From positions 1-64,000 of the forward strand of contig JAHQWK010000008.1 of the NCBI GenBank assembly GCA_029856145.1: DNA of 64,000 nucleotides. The letters are read 5' to 3'. The notes beneath the pieces were generated by a model. It did not search any database, was not told the origin of the DNA, and worked only from the letters and a program-made list of their open reading frames with translations. The position numbers were made by a program, and so were the translations under genes. The stretch is from Promethearchaeia archaeon. GTDB taxonomy: Archaea; Asgardarchaeota; Lokiarchaeia; Sigyniarchaeales; SOKP01. Positions 55,201-57,458 of this stretch are shown piece by piece; position 1 is the first letter of the stretch, and each line of letters opens with the position of its first letter.

Positions 55201-57458
55201 AGTCTCATGCGGAATGGTTGAAGCAACACGGACATAATATCAAGACAGATAAAATTGTATTGATTCCAAAAAGCAAAGTAAGCAGTTTTAAGAATAAATA
55301 TCTTCCGACATACTCTAAGGGTGCTTGGGACTCTTCAAAGACCAGTCCTTACTTCGCAGAATTTAAATTGTTTATAGACGCAATAGAATCTACTTTAACA
55401 TATCATAGCGTAATTAATAAGCGGTCTGATATTAACACAATATTAAGGTTGAGTGAAGCCAATCCTAGTATCGACACATTAGATAAAGAAATATACCTCC
55501 TATCTAAGACGAATTTAGACGGTACTCCTAGTTCTAGGGTTAATTGGAATAAAGCAGAGGAGACACTTAACACATGGCTTGTCCGAATCCTTAATAACAT
55601 TGAATCAAGCTCAAGAATAGCTCCAAAAGATAAAGGTAGAGTGATACAGTCAATTAAAGCAATTTTTAATAACTATTATGAAATTTCAGGCTATAAATTT
55701 AAACATCCATTATATCGGGATGCAAAATTAACACTTTATCAGGTAGGTGAAGTATTGACAAGGATAGGAGCCATGACCACATTTTCAATTGAGAAATTAG
55801 ACGAATTACTCAAGACTGTGAATAAGCCAGGAGTTAGTAGTCTTTATAGGAACTTACAGAGGAATTCCGAAAGTAGACCTAGAACTACGACGGTTGAAGC
55901 ATTGCGCGATAACATTATTTTAGCAGCTACAAGTGCTGGCATTAGCCTTACCAAATCTCACGAGAAGCTCATCCAAGATATATTTAATGCTTATAGAGAT
56001 AAAGTTAATGACTTTAGATTAGCTAAAAATCAATTATCCGGTTATGATAGGACTTACCGACTGGAATTGATTCAAGATTTAATAGATAAATGTGGGCCCC
56101 TCCGACATGTATTAGCGATATCTATACGAGATTTTAACAAACTAGTGTTTAAAAAGGATCATAAATCCTTTACTGGAGGTTTCTTGAACCCAAGTAACGC
56201 TCGGGATCGCCCTATGCATAACACCATATTTGAGATTATCTACAATTCGGATGATTGGTCTACAAAGACCTTTAAGGATCTTGGAATATCTATGTCATAT
56301 AGTGAACTCAGGCAAATGAGAGCTGATATCAAGAATTTGGTGTTTGATTGGATTATTAAGGCTAAATTTCGACCTGCGCTCTTCAATACAAGACTTCTTC
56401 GAACTTCCAACTCTGTCGCTCCAGAGTTAGATCTTGTCTATTCTCTTTGGGTTGCTGCTAGGCGAAAGACTGGTAGCCCAAAGTGTGATTTCGAAGCAAT
56501 TTATAAATTACGATTGTTAGGTGATAGTCCAATTCAATATAATTTAAAGGAAGGCAGTGTATTTAGTGAAGATTCTTTGAAGCTGTTTAAGCTTACTATA
56601 CAGAAGTGGCTAAGGCGAGAAACCGACATTAGGAAACCAAGCCCAGACAGACGTAAGGTTGTTGCTTATGAAAAAGCGCTCAATAAAATCGGATTTTATG
56701 CACAAATCCGTAAGAAAGACCTCAGAGGCAGTCCAAAAGGAAGATCTCCTAGCACTCGAGGAGAATTTAATAAAGAACAAGCGAAGGTTTATAATGTTAT
56801 CCTCGGTTTGGGACGTCATTTAGGGTTCGATCCTGCTTTCTTTAGACCTGTTGAAGACCAAATGTTTGACATGAATGCTGGAGTTAAACAAAAATTGAAG
56901 GCATTAGGAAAGAAGCTTTACATATACGTCCGACATCATTTCAAGAACAATCCCGACCGTGCGTCGATCTCCATCATGGATCAGGTTATCACCCACTCTG
57001 GTACTCACTTTTACTGGGAAAATCTTATATCAGAAGATGAAGCACTCGTAGCAATCCAAGTGCTTGAAAATCTTGTAAAATATAACCGTAGGATTGATGC
57101 GACAGATATAAAAAATGAATTCAAGAAATTTGACAGGGAATATAGGTGGATTATGGCAAACTGGTTAAATGATCCAGATTTTGATGAAAATCTAAAGAAA
57201 TTTAACGATAGGAAAGATGATATTAAAGCTATGACGATTGACGAATTCATCTATACACATTATCGAAAGACGTATGATAAATTTATTAAAGTCTTACTGA
57301 AGACAGAGCATATTGGAATTCTAGCCATCATTCAAGCTATGCATCCGAATGTTGATGTTTCAGGATTGGTGAGTCTCGGGAAAAATAGCAATTACATAGG
57401 ACCTTACTCGACAGTATTTGCTGAAATCTTGAAGATGTATAAGTATCCGGTTTACTGA
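19248..57458 (+). CDS. giant 12,736-aa membrane-anchored surface protein with LamG, H-type-lectin-like and Ca-binding modules and a putative C-terminal HNH-like nuclease toxin
   Basis: 38.2-kb uninterrupted ORF in AT-rich DNA. TM clusters at ~19830-20660 and ~22200-22860; acidic, sequon-rich stalk at ~22860-50800; DxDxDG loops at 50790-52100; hydrophobic helices at 52500-54440; basic tip to the stop. The confidence is for the CDS and its architecture; the toxin role is inference. Confidence 0.85.
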   Translation: MSKRMSKTERKEPSELNRSVHQDSEPPEVVYSKLFQDGIARYRIKEHLVKAHEKKKLIDIFFFELSKEPLPKGHLEFLDELIYRSNKNKKHTMKKNIHWRKIDLCHHKESPKDSSHKTIIDKDEFLENAIENFSDDSVKFQAEPQESQDSLIEANDSKVKKQICLAKIFAPDLVFIDSKNTSSKKSRLKKFGKTLGFSVIVELSVLLFIALAYLCFPISFFIIEYHLDLFIVVQMLFITLRQFILFRKKERIFHVPLFFTIIMWLCVSIAHISYNQLTFIATFFGAQFFFILSELVLYFMKYDVSRKQVIIFLSVSTLLWGSYFITSFLPLDLNFMWIYVQIGVWFFVAAGIIVSSVLGYIPKLFKFLFSLIKKGCVWIGSIFIRIANSSAIVTLRKKVKSFIGQIKIRIENIRNLHNIKLYVRSGILLGCISLVFFIRYTAHLVINLATIGILFSILAVLMTVGYFLIFRNTGKTNFYTGKDDSHVQKQGISKESSEKKLEDIIEEIFYKYEKYKKIQHLTPEDFLFVRIVESYSDLEWSYKQLIKEIERSQRWVKEHNLRYILPHKVLWTILSIYLHYRNTRNYYPEGFLFLKKIANQRSRHSLDNISKEYYKAIKKEEDALLEFLKENKKKYKKFEEYQVEDYLSLYNDDVVEPNDQELSIEPQLSFHYPAKNSRIHYFNSPKSRKLFDASQIIADNIEQMEQYSKKKGSFKIINKVIQTQINEFTSHEQEGWKLIKLIYELKVSQDFLSAIVNNKKLFTKYPEIDHHAFFLLMLAPILGKELNFLKLTQHRKLYPPYLCSIGISADICNSLVSFLQEMEQKYINAKNCHYSELLESNKKHKLTKKFSYLKEQTITNVEREWLDYKQGIVRDGDTIKSISPIRKKARTHILDLIYNNTAIDYGQNTPEFFYLNNDKTKIIRKELCELNRNSELLVFVHARDYIKEIIDSYINIYEEHKKVISTRELERPKKQKSFEPVESRQVIGSILKSSIALAIFIVPFFLQLFSSETKFFYDFLYFVPFYQVLIFALFLLIFTFNMKLSQSRQLYMILAPIFLVPFIIGMQHILPSIVTVCIIPAMIIPSYIIFRGQPIIRQRISKKRDWSRFKSFSLHNFYHRYKYALLWRCLFILTVVFCIFFIFFPQSLYIAAGLFIVCISVFTKENKVRDNSNPPKYSARMLRNTLLIAFFLVLMPLIFTVNSMIRLNSPQLQYAQIPQDSRIEGSWVDYNSLQYYDSLEKFNEFTINDAFLSRCEISTGLGESAGMEYNLIPIDVPEVEGYYIKEIYSIASRRISGPLTRYDLIGEIHLNRLDLLPGTYEISTSYNVQSGFGKRYAEPEVYEIKIVKDKLRALPNEDFDLEVDFGAVYTLKQEGSWNVLFDGQIVSSLNEPIPLEDLDLFIEVNDRWQEVASLDTDSTARFYFNHTIYGSIEQNLLVKIEHEGNEFYKPLEHIEYAGIEWNTADKFYFIQDEYGNIEWPFNLYDLLEVLASYAESPLPSSLDFMAEFEENSGTSTFDRVHNLEGQLRGNTSWTTGKRDYGLLFDGDGNLGDSGIPAIESWTEKGSTTGSTTLTLDKPSGVEVGDLLLLIVMNDDTSATAFSDNKAGWNFIDTSGNSVSDAHIAAFWRTADGTEESTESVTSAGADEWMGYYLRITGADDTDPIDVYNFAQSSSSSSNHVIPAVTTTVDDCLLLYGLSFDGGDGYQFSVSGTGWSEVDEYQTGTSGAGDVSGSFGSKVLASQGSSGDATVGCSVSDGTAYFQISIAPRGLTYEDFDYIGFGDILDSALGDLNNEFVISGWIRPTVFLSNQSENGIQNCFVSKKGIVEIGVNESGYLQVYLNTNNVETAATYGYPYAVPLNAWTYIAVRYNNSNVDILIGDTWCRSALGGVNEPWNNGGNLKSGGAFIVGAETTSYSCFAGKLDDISVFNSSISDAEIESHSNGPVIEIDVKVYKEDSQDVWTPITTSGEIIDGYLLFEVNSTGKPIETLELYLSDTEPNLQNPNPNDWNLVTSFNYDNSLYSYVANSWDLPDDPSFYFVVKATDDLNNAVYDYYNTYFGINHFDELVNFTYLDKQGRINHNSEIGVSPREGFEGHISSLNVYINYSDDIDFLTNVEYNDLYSNYWLIYLDSLSDWVTNKSLTPDNYNVNFIIEANLTYGTGFPFYTYNYTLEQITLDIEGPAMTLLSGIPYSLTLGKTYDNIQENMITMGISSTDFDFYKVKIEYKYQTPTTADWLTYGTFYADNTSLAEILFNIINLRDDSIVFRFTGYDDLNNEYILSDSSYWIIKDLNNHEFFTIEGLNSTILYGLDVNGMIDIELKVLPVDNDITKVTISTNYESFSLTNAVSELDYLYFEDDGVEDVDIKLNSTYYNIFGSDFVFIPVSVKLYQGTTWITSESITICVITDSFDFPVEVSNLTVNLSSDEDNIWMSFVTGRDAYNNSHSIPFIPNNNPPVLKVYNSHNELVEIIPLWAYLDSSDTEVYNSGVIEIIDNKFTVSLPTPASGELCSIEEVDVNGTAYDFSYFINRKNNNLLITLITSETLDGTYGSLAPISIDYGISTSVKTSDQFVGSFNFTILPQDSYTFKGEFYDISGSISTFAISEPIAIDFSGPEIYPQFLTLNSTINPETSTISFVINDFSGVDSYFFNTSISGYWNVISNIYTFFFNDSAIIEGLTHIKFTCNDTLGYTSDLLLLLIFDRSNPQFSGVSTTDTIANDLFEIYVNVTETSDYSLTIQFTHNNSGTIFTNIDFTLIELFENEWYFTFDSAQLQDGYYDITIFATDSGGNSNNTIIEDIYFDNTFAHVTAFEEYIYVETENIYNNTISDELCFNEEEFIAITAFDEMFDDFDWSQIDQTLADQLGVKNITLYYSNPLTWYKISISSTLNYEQFTYVITGYDDPINTNIQNIKGIQSLTINNYTVDEFDVLLDGTKILLKIDEKYRYLLSSQYTDHIYAQFYEFIPENNIVLDFNAALSRWELKSLDLNYFNISDYLNLTEGDEFLFWFVIEDGLENTLHSHKMRGVFDNTMTQDPVDQNVFEWFLGTNSTGSGMFIFGSDNYLDSTIQVNVSSVVPTFLGEVDIGRIMLYGSNDTTTWQYLGRAYFTGEENMWNYYWDYDPVNIIPSENYNIKALLFDRAGNYLAHSHALKLYDYRTITLLTELVFGHIFEYNSSALTNENEIEGVIEDLFGSTDLWDLIAQFYDPLRKEWVPMTTNPATILSNGSYSITWDINEDDEFKASMYDFTYEYLPLQVVSPVSSDLWGSWGLFGDNTEWQPIIISETSSNVDITIFEFSNTTGWQVDSALSTEAVIPSIEGQVFKLWDINNNDKYEIIRISSSQIDVIYFNSTSEWVIKQNVTGLSEYSYYAFDIEYEGKTSNTLLTVIQKDSTQAFSIWKYEFETNYDLTHLDHCDAPLNFIPSAIKIVNDFSASDRKAILVSGLIEDSYYSQLFEYDFNLDIRNVLVNAILGEVVVVEYDEISGIDTIILGITRSAVGKKDAVVTLRRKSGTEKWVNFEVSGFDDVRFEILDLITIADNNLRKLIIGSKTGIYQTRITFEEDTTEITSPICYTFTTFSKGELSPIYYPEIEVTQLPLQKPIHKVNYIYYKVSGSSQWQILERSNFRYSRNSILIDLLSIWSNLEYIKIVYSYESFVSEERTAIDPSFQSYHGVSDTQTISASAMFFDETALPFLWYNPATISNLNYLPNSMTYQYTPVISGLGNKVFYPTIRSEVGSEYSNMPELENSLIYYGDSYDSGQLSQYLNSKDDYYEETMFGGNYENNYIDQLWLSNPYISENFNFTDMYYSQIHDDSSTSGLYNYYDTAQQVLVRNRLTDISPYNASYALIYDSGSLPTSMTRYNLSTVDYGTLGGWNTGGEVLYTQVNDTNYYEMESEHYDSGPPWYLIDIETLHAYFKIVGGYGGGDYYISCYIETEGTTNAKLKVNYDTLESGAVIDIKDAYIQNVNSIYYSFEEDEPHDTITAKVYYFKVEKVSSDSPAVQGASMEELEDVLLDWDQYISTYKDEYGIFGFEYTYELPVVSRESLQSLQLAFDATLSSTSFVQEYPLSIQLYNFETSQWESIPLAALDGIYTYNDDKLDYDFWRWTPNNESTDSMVKFEVGEITLDDTIDQSESESITFENIYNNPVVVAYIKSRDNDESVDVRVKDVTSTGCTIFMEEPDNGAHSSGESVGYMVIEAGEWEFPDGTEIKAGTVSTDIDHYYGGSTTVGVQVSFDTAFSATPVILHTLNTYENGAFKSTASHTISSSSFKVCQETAETGISTSTETIGWIAIESGKTGTFQGVKYETGRGNDGNKDGFDDDGHTFTFSQSFSSAPIIITKQNSLNAGNGAWARSYGTLSSSSHITCSEEDQVGDSERSHNDETFGFIAFEESLYSIGSTDDRFRPIWGTQNVESINTVSYGQTFPSSIDNDGNLVIDNSLKQGANFLVNTKDNSSVNNFFSDSYKFLTFDTSGYDASKYQLKNIIINITNFYTSASDFPSYQDSQSFALKNFYEEFLNDLHEFKIRVITQKENAQDEDALAYLCIGDFNTYTQTTTNYLNYEEFESNAIQGYHVSDKLEFTEDGIQLSGMSGFNTKDAPETQKFRDNFQTSTWNLLGASEPDIIFTESIEQDAMTRSLHPNSNYNSQEFDLSSFKISNPFTYCLWQDTIIKGTEIASYPDDTRYDDITYQIYGANLYGSNYEIQVQDNYDFEGAKTWDLEYLMFTDINVDSIKLYSDSGTIDETINGNTLSGTARVEDLKELYISTTDNLDHEISVDLLIYTTVVEEYETYIETQSFNYNYLTSGNNDMRELIVTRPSSLVYQGPYIYVYSTGGFDETIVTWNSRPATYDLLSQAEGLDDSTPITFPINLGKITENNYFKIDATDGGIDYYNDPPVRFTIGKKHQEGSLMYMQTNITETLKLKSAVYPSSTIITKNDQIVIDCKAATNSEVILTLFSEGEFVRNFTVIEQGNQDYSSQILVFTTNETIQFDQLQFTSTLGKEQYFVVHSIDVIAGASVIDAKLWTYDFTGRNLYSSNTVEETSSNFALFQDNLYYNLTSGWINDQYEIQIEFEFILPESEMTDVDKIDINLVGTGTGVSLGGAKFKYLNLATGPYEKIEYTNTGDTYTFSIDNVQKIFDSSSATYQVHFLITLGSSDIFTVHIDSVNAITYKEWSAQHDLYRASFVFERIHSNNNASVTIAVSDEISLTIEDSKLYINGYDNIMSFYYNCTEQQWHAYLNEETTDLLVNATESEPTPKLRIESNYNSTSYGIIVKSIESQYYKRVRDSADFEEYKSVLASYRAVQGHGEVIELDSRDANITPENTFAQVCADVDIIYSFHDDMQEENIFSYELIPTFSSSSFDNLTSVVYDETGFIFSSVSDLTIYNVTSVDGDVTKTSGDLSDLNEKDDYNWVKFDSAWNTERYDNSPEFYKTPSGASGSPSEPDDWDIRDEGTCREYTVISGTSSVKAEDIFSFNGLPSWAGSAKDKEIEVKIWWDDSIGATLKYCKLYVMDWGDPYDTDDTYVEKASFYEAQWDTRTISLASGNINRWLDYNTKLYQTKIKIETYVEASLLPALDVNIEYLYLDFKKDDKDTSAVEFEFDDLINGENDFYVYFRGKTDGLDFTSKLLIDGVEKLSFNNTFEEYAGFVSDVDSIKVWIADDGEIYHPSLDNREVILDYLVVKWVNEDINFTVYNKDSILLNSSLSHTQASSTPIDRGFVEYNQYFGKNTLHFTLKNSIQTPIFGRNNSLIYADLDLTDLDLDFTLFPDESYEDFPTEHQNVEGKNSTQYNTDILKDYNEYSNSRFKNSAIDDIQIPLMTPIEMDFGDINLDDFSDIDLEIVLDYGLALQNRAKNSEWSWRFRLIYYNYTSGAWEDFKGLLRAKNMGYERSVWDPSKNFAMYLQNPEVNDFIPILDDNDIQLKNPILIDSITNDTLSDGIFKLAFVSYILPGNLSIMGEIYQGECFSYEREDPLVPISISQTVNMLECILISESREIIYPESSVVVNLELNENLKANLSSISNLGEIVAVKGRYIDNKEILYEYPIHSYWVTAEDELAFNSPMKYLFTNVTIEYVPQLALNYNATDGYWYLPNNVFIASRNFSQPFFVSSLCVNNTFYGTYIHPDVDVGYTVGFLGNRTYVKFAENIHPDSTVKGAVHFAKVGYKYLYKFSLKDELLYSYNILNEDTPLIDGIFHIELNAGFKDVIYSELSQVACEDYQLFINITRVDTYTGETRSIGYSSIELDSSLLGYHLYNLDVSLDEFTFVSNGRDLLKEAITRGTHYDLQVTLESSISNCIVDGHLFKGMYAHELLIASFEIKTEESEMKFNGDQVQTPYIPIPQKSIILARLDTAMYQFSDLDYSFDFLIDAIRTEKYALYENIDYIFDSSQSTIILIGEYRDYSGYLFADITYKAFEWKEGSVSSLEPITLTFDNDYGRNISKFLEFSLQYNLIPGYELEKVDYTSGRLVLANEEKSSALMNIYLYNFNDNKWDKIEFVVYDDYTGTNTFSYVVDRNFITFEDYFNKTTGDEFEVKAVLAVEEVIGDYFVSQASFGITSINASIYYDTPDTEHTINPEIEFDVDLTEFFTGDSKYLEQIKVDLQFSGEIEFDSAFIFSQYALLEENYNFYIRNKYLDFEQFTLEDNTIILSREEINRLIFHDIENEKYYLRAKLEYDWTCILEMNLGSNSRLEIVSTLNLIKYDLSASYTSYETTRISAQEIDTPYDLCEIIAPDYIETDSGISVLESDNEIDIGIFGGFLRNANTRQRLMVRQQLYYTFNESTSGPQAILLDQEYTDAILRFLIPLGYLEQPYTYLINKTYFTFITDFEVIDVKLYRYNGVSDVFVANMTPHSTKVGIFEYTWDDVEGDTETTSGDTVELMFLLTDVFENTGSYRYNFTTDFNPPNPEISIGDGSESFEDCTADPTTSLTFTHTEEGLYTEYYRIIDNMLGSTTDWIKFNSTELLILDDLAILPENFTIEYNVIDAAGNENITSIYNYNYQYITFSREKSITLTDDTIDLNGFSNREISFTDTGQFNNSQNLDVYINGFRYGTAYLDSGSYRLSFGNENSKETLIAYSDSLLSDYIYSNINPLNHISWEVREDEYYAIVKHVLVDSDIVITNPLTYNITTEFELEHLYNRGFGLSDYMRIKQVYYINASDGSKIPLTLGPDFIVYEETGIVDFPEYSVVYNLYESISEVKDGIIYFEYDASPFADQLRLSNADGFFINFTMPSVYYEHTTIEKLVISLNDFAGNSFAKVYYDIDLRQYFLDNVKGQYEEDIFGLGKMMTIPLYIDLNEIAISNIDKQFDLKLLKSVSITVSDHERWPGSFIQNFENYSVMNLPYQRIGVKDIKLYNLISDTIEADEQGYVSASIMFRASDYYNLFAEAEFNIKKLDIEFTNTKAYAYNQEIDTSVDMEYSDFIELNYRWNNSLAQVLLNDIVYLPVSMINATSGEELGYSTANWITKFDYDSLSNYLTKYYYSKFEVPKTLGEIDISFSSPGTSLFNITFIDAPTIALNVTQESLSTDPIYLPETDYELEYGHTLLLEGAILDNDEYLVEDKVYNYKYQEALDGKTTHALDIVSPYGDPDFIDREEFAIYYVNDELKILPLFSTLNGRYFTNKTILDYNEDPTISYIDNSFVLNIYWRKNSTNFIHYDTNLLITHKVVNGKPISPISYSSLDSFGNDKQQNLMEIPFARYDMLTKNWVTQDTFTQQFRIDKVLLFEDVESSGTTIRGPSFEVGQNNITTGIIDIGDIYENKTDSEIFELVDEEEYSWLINTNGELVVSGLPYVSGDTFKISYYAYYPVAIPHSLNSPSSSIVYIKVINNSGYEFEFALNTDYKFSEDGYSVYFLDLYNSIIKSGNFSIFNTFEVKYTAPLTRKVDLSTNILLMLQDNLGNDIPIDVIPIDNLGFFEYEQVLREDSPLSIPLGGGKKLVHMLLSYLPLSVHNKSSGTSISISYSDPEFGNIYPYIESNSWAKPITILTIPDNVKLTMVEDPLDNIVFSQKYFEERDYVYNYNPMEALEEGEEYTKVMIDALVQQEYTFAFKLTTAEGKSINNSIVWAHIGLLPKSEKQFLNDRMVIEDLGISPYFEALGTQEITFIGPGESPNKMFGKPLLYETDGYNTNYSAYGPYYWLYSTTNENGEATFEVSFDQDYLTDFTDIFGSREGFDSVEDVVLYLRVFNSYFDWDEFEIDTPNQYLCSKDGMIYNGSTALNNYNFDKLALQDSTYVEGLIRLHKKDISVATNDYYSYQLPDADLGQNYEPLTLHLRVHEASPIPNGEATNIESLTKVYTSSELEPLPVNILKGDYTYYAAIQFYTPSGTLVETLYKAIEPAYNDGIVEIDNETVYTILDKLGPGISTLKIQILESESYKASPVIIIPIEIQPSNWIKFGQKNSQIDLINPFVSAWGVAYNGADEMPFESCYPHLIGSMWVEPFFNATGGDESIQDYIDINLDCTIYNDDGTTSTFPLQSNIMLRPGNWDGILTFDIGLGPESAFLMGLQCDLNLSFSIDFNSDKIFEDQRDVSIYLLDLRLEAYPSSSTPITTWSIYDDGFSDTTIKVKELDTVSTNTGTLDLGGTQSGVVYGQEVAFLFDNSTLDYALNAESELLNLLALDGIEVMKVAGIKDGDEYSFIKDTDYSIPYASSGILANESAIKFLGNDVPDEGTEFSITYKLKFDFDTNKYGVITLGYTSNENVSSIELQLHEDFLPTSNSSYSPLFIQFTDRFTGTGSQTEFTVNYGLSGVSSWSSDYFVIYNEQELIDNYGSFTKTVSSGRPKLTFSTAPPNQAKVNITYGIKSQYNLSYGFQKVDKPYSSSVRLIQNDDYSPSIKDEANNELATYSLSDPSMYISLDDSAEKTLLKLLNIPLLYDPEINMTFAFDGVLLDLIDSFDTDFNNLTIQFKYITNDGYYEFYSDPMVIPLDYSEISPDIVDNSYVIYYNKDLQAIYDMVGASSFDIEIILSQVGSSDNYIPYILLEEFEYISNTHIVENFGSMPLDKYGNMDTKAIVNSPHYYQTFSRPFIDSVYGSSPFNLIDGSQVTVGLQNLPNCTLISMDSDGETYNFNYLGDSSTLTVNNTNFYMIPNVAMYIDTYGIEETLYQDGYLDLYYGSGTEIDGEERYTANILMDYESSAIEDYRSSISNKVPTSWEDTYNFTNQFITTDIITVQGRVFYHQVFDLDTDTNSSSYINDIFPNYPNTIYFGLQLPDNFDVAQIKKVGEPYEYALSVHGFPTGKYQDKYCRLPETYSGPLPETEYVLTSSDYALEFYENGTAYVLFFKPANELSSYTDDENRIMIDYWINHEFLKNSDYSIHEDPNDPFTSQIDWDFAFTSLDTYHLHPDFDNDAFFTVEYSALEWEIFDSQYIHNGTDDFTFQPREYYNVSVLYTGGTSDLFSVQYIVPEGQYHDDEVLLSYLYALAQKGDDEETMEVFCVPNTETVNSIEQNAADSYNYTIYFSTIETYIKDTYGQDYELVDNSYVYVAAKYFTTQLRYSLSHTPFNYEYLSAGNNPYHIALYIDDTFIAYSYESTFDDYVEKIEDEYIYFHNRSSGEDGYIAPLSKIHLEYKFKLQPGLLDRKNFLIVTYPWTNQFNTIMDSIPAYREEYRKLSGGSIISPFEYSLSIDNKYSMYLTYRLNQRDYYEEKFEIASEHYKSSVNGYVYEFMTQELDNYVDVIEANGEEALSVYYFDGFSKMRFLDSTHYEINLAQREIVIKNDGNPLASPNGLSEFYVSFIPDGPDRTFSSYKFSYEKSSNMADTLQMPYWDVLEVEGVDVVPNLDAFYFMSENESSINNIVCYASQIAIYLSDNTEKLEFNIDGALTGFDEDIINDIHTGEFLALYIDTNIKNIESLDYLTIELYDSSDSLISGFTQMITREELELYDHNIRIELPTSTNTLKKIQFIPTFRSDDEYSSNNNIGIARYQTLQWDSELVSIMEDGQKYMHVELEHDLKTNNSQLAYIYNDKLEYLTFPENVSISYTLENYTSTISKYILHIPVKYVHPTTNETEGFREEQTLVLRYNSPVDSGIAMGIGNMYFEAKGYNYAAHPDLPKAEFMLVTANDSSVYSEFLDDYYYQNSLQLTPFDTEYNNRYKSVKIDLNLTSLYDSTGKNILNFTHLIFSVPNPTYELTISEVVILEETLDASEEYGSIDSRLWQYTEAESFIASAAPENDEYQLTLENTPIFYPSLEWLDYLTIYDEEGNYYTAGITGNDHQLHFDSATSKFTWNPSFNQFPEYFGMEFEEPLIVNPNITLYFEYATNTSWAQPILLEVENIDLSSIRVIYDYNYLLKPEFYEWYSSLYNMDHSYENIAYSFKEESEYRVVQYYYEGFTVYTSSSEYTHTFNIGDLSFENDFVNLSLYKVVGITPTLDYEILTDNTNYTITFNKATKELKITDLNSGNGLLDTFDQITVILNYSCAPISSYTEIYLRKEFNQTYLSDPKDTFYNYVDIDYKYTTTTGVLFAENSAILTSDTTSFISIDYSRNADMSASNKLIGYGSELYDNFEIYYDDTSILYVADVDMDGDPDYKLTIDVDGNGELDIIKYGIDDPQGSGEIYWHTVIQDFENYQVSVENDLGEEKRTQWFDIDDRIFARFDFNVGKLLLYALCLPLLPFYITKMMLPDVDYWAQKSVQNEVRKEEHVYVSYYSIKVDNDRDGLPDTQVDYESTDIDIYYEIMEYRETILAAKTQNIFTILGEYVARSISSLFDGPRNDIVFNKYLTKDHLESGNFSSCHWYVRANAPVLTSTYRKFTENVTTTYIDSFSKSTLTVIDFDDEGEIEEQRTYTDDFENFEVGLDEFFSDLVEEHSITDINTGQESEISFDPDLPFTHFENLTWDTQTWGPDGVPVKYDSLYVEGDGYNYTSNAFEKTIILRIPNRYSLYEDYGVTSRYKTRNSGWAEFTATGMLIRPLDGKVYYTSDAEAFAEGTAKTDGFYFYVDSDSNGFYETVYILSDTYLRTDASGLLQFNVMAIGYNYDGYHDLVPYERLGKTALPVSDLDNLGHESTKFGTDWVYNFNNLRNCRLLWEELTPLEELGLKPKDHIFEIYKLVEPSEQNSKFSSLFYDVRHETYSNAWEQYRKQLVGDIIEQVFMSVTAGILSAFVESTICIATFGFGTALAKFLGALTYFLTYTLMTKLSIDIKLQASQARERSNTFYAISQENYEPTSLNHKAPGDRYLQDSMAAALIGHPGGYYTTISGGEPGNQYTAQALVSPPNLYRVRNAFAGFGALLWGNLWNMGESDPDVFTALDFDDRNLDYLLHTSELPSYNQKEHYTYENTVRSTNLYNIYKFTTLGYLENEIKDASNNQLNTIRPTCVDGQPLYEFVDGDQYEQVLPQQVLFRPIILSERRYSKLAPVSGHLTVTTQCKDYGNTKGVDPYEMTPLEVQAGYKAKIPLMNDSFYYPLISVIIDIVKESDSETGHFAKNLIINSSYYRLDSGNLYFTKSLETIISEKYPEFETVLSQTWIEEFLDCVIYYNVHIYFEVFVPDTTEQTHQLALAQTTFYTIMDYFNQYTYAEVSANMISEIAYTETLTFWSTLISAPLIFLGSWAVKGSDQMIGKAGMELVKAGTSSMQQQIRKMLIRQVIGIALAPLQEVLQEIIQDGFMEAVIENVVDIWGYSDDLGYWLSSLATSARETTGALGRLALGIDNDTKLNFMSILSLAKARLTGDTELRTNVMNNLQQEQQADLQRQAEMGMWQKLCKSGFLKGFLMLIPSLFFGSFSFMFITSFTNMVEGATSLGPQLYSEYKARRQVNEHTEAKTELNSMLKDDPSMSMDNLWLKNMRRPSNPDIEALNNRFRELQQDPNGDTKTDLEESPIVDVSRLTNPNPKIDELIQQFKLTDKFQEIQINSWISELGQDARFESKKAELKRVAENKKTIDFAGQVEAIRKIIRNALEDYPTQLRYMDYTGVVLYDPKHIGFGFRLGPNANPKISGILQFREDFPETLSTEDYANELQKAYDVKTPLQVCLYKQGELILMPRTTQSHAEWLKQHGHNIKTDKIVLIPKSKVSSFKNKYLPTYSKGAWDSSKTSPYFAEFKLFIDAIESTLTYHSVINKRSDINTILRLSEANPSIDTLDKEIYLLSKTNLDGTPSSRVNWNKAEETLNTWLVRILNNIESSSRIAPKDKGRVIQSIKAIFNNYYEISGYKFKHPLYRDAKLTLYQVGEVLTRIGAMTTFSIEKLDELLKTVNKPGVSSLYRNLQRNSESRPRTTTVEALRDNIILAATSAGISLTKSHEKLIQDIFNAYRDKVNDFRLAKNQLSGYDRTYRLELIQDLIDKCGPLRHVLAISIRDFNKLVFKKDHKSFTGGFLNPSNARDRPMHNTIFEIIYNSDDWSTKTFKDLGISMSYSELRQMRADIKNLVFDWIIKAKFRPALFNTRLLRTSNSVAPELDLVYSLWVAARRKTGSPKCDFEAIYKLRLLGDSPIQYNLKEGSVFSEDSLKLFKLTIQKWLRRETDIRKPSPDRRKVVAYEKALNKIGFYAQIRKKDLRGSPKGRSPSTRGEFNKEQAKVYNVILGLGRHLGFDPAFFRPVEDQMFDMNAGVKQKLKALGKKLYIYVRHHFKNNPDRASISIMDQVITHSGTHFYWENLISEDEALVAIQVLENLVKYNRRIDATDIKNEFKKFDREYRWIMANWLNDPDFDENLKKFNDRKDDIKAMTIDEFIYTHYRKTYDKFIKVLLKTEHIGILAIIQAMHPNVDVSGLVSLGKNSNYIGPYSTVFAEILKMYKYPVY

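Noticed and set aside
19679-57250. Many 60-120 aa ORFs nested in or antisense to the giant gene
   Set aside because: Shadow frames with low-complexity translations and no SD or recognisable motifs.
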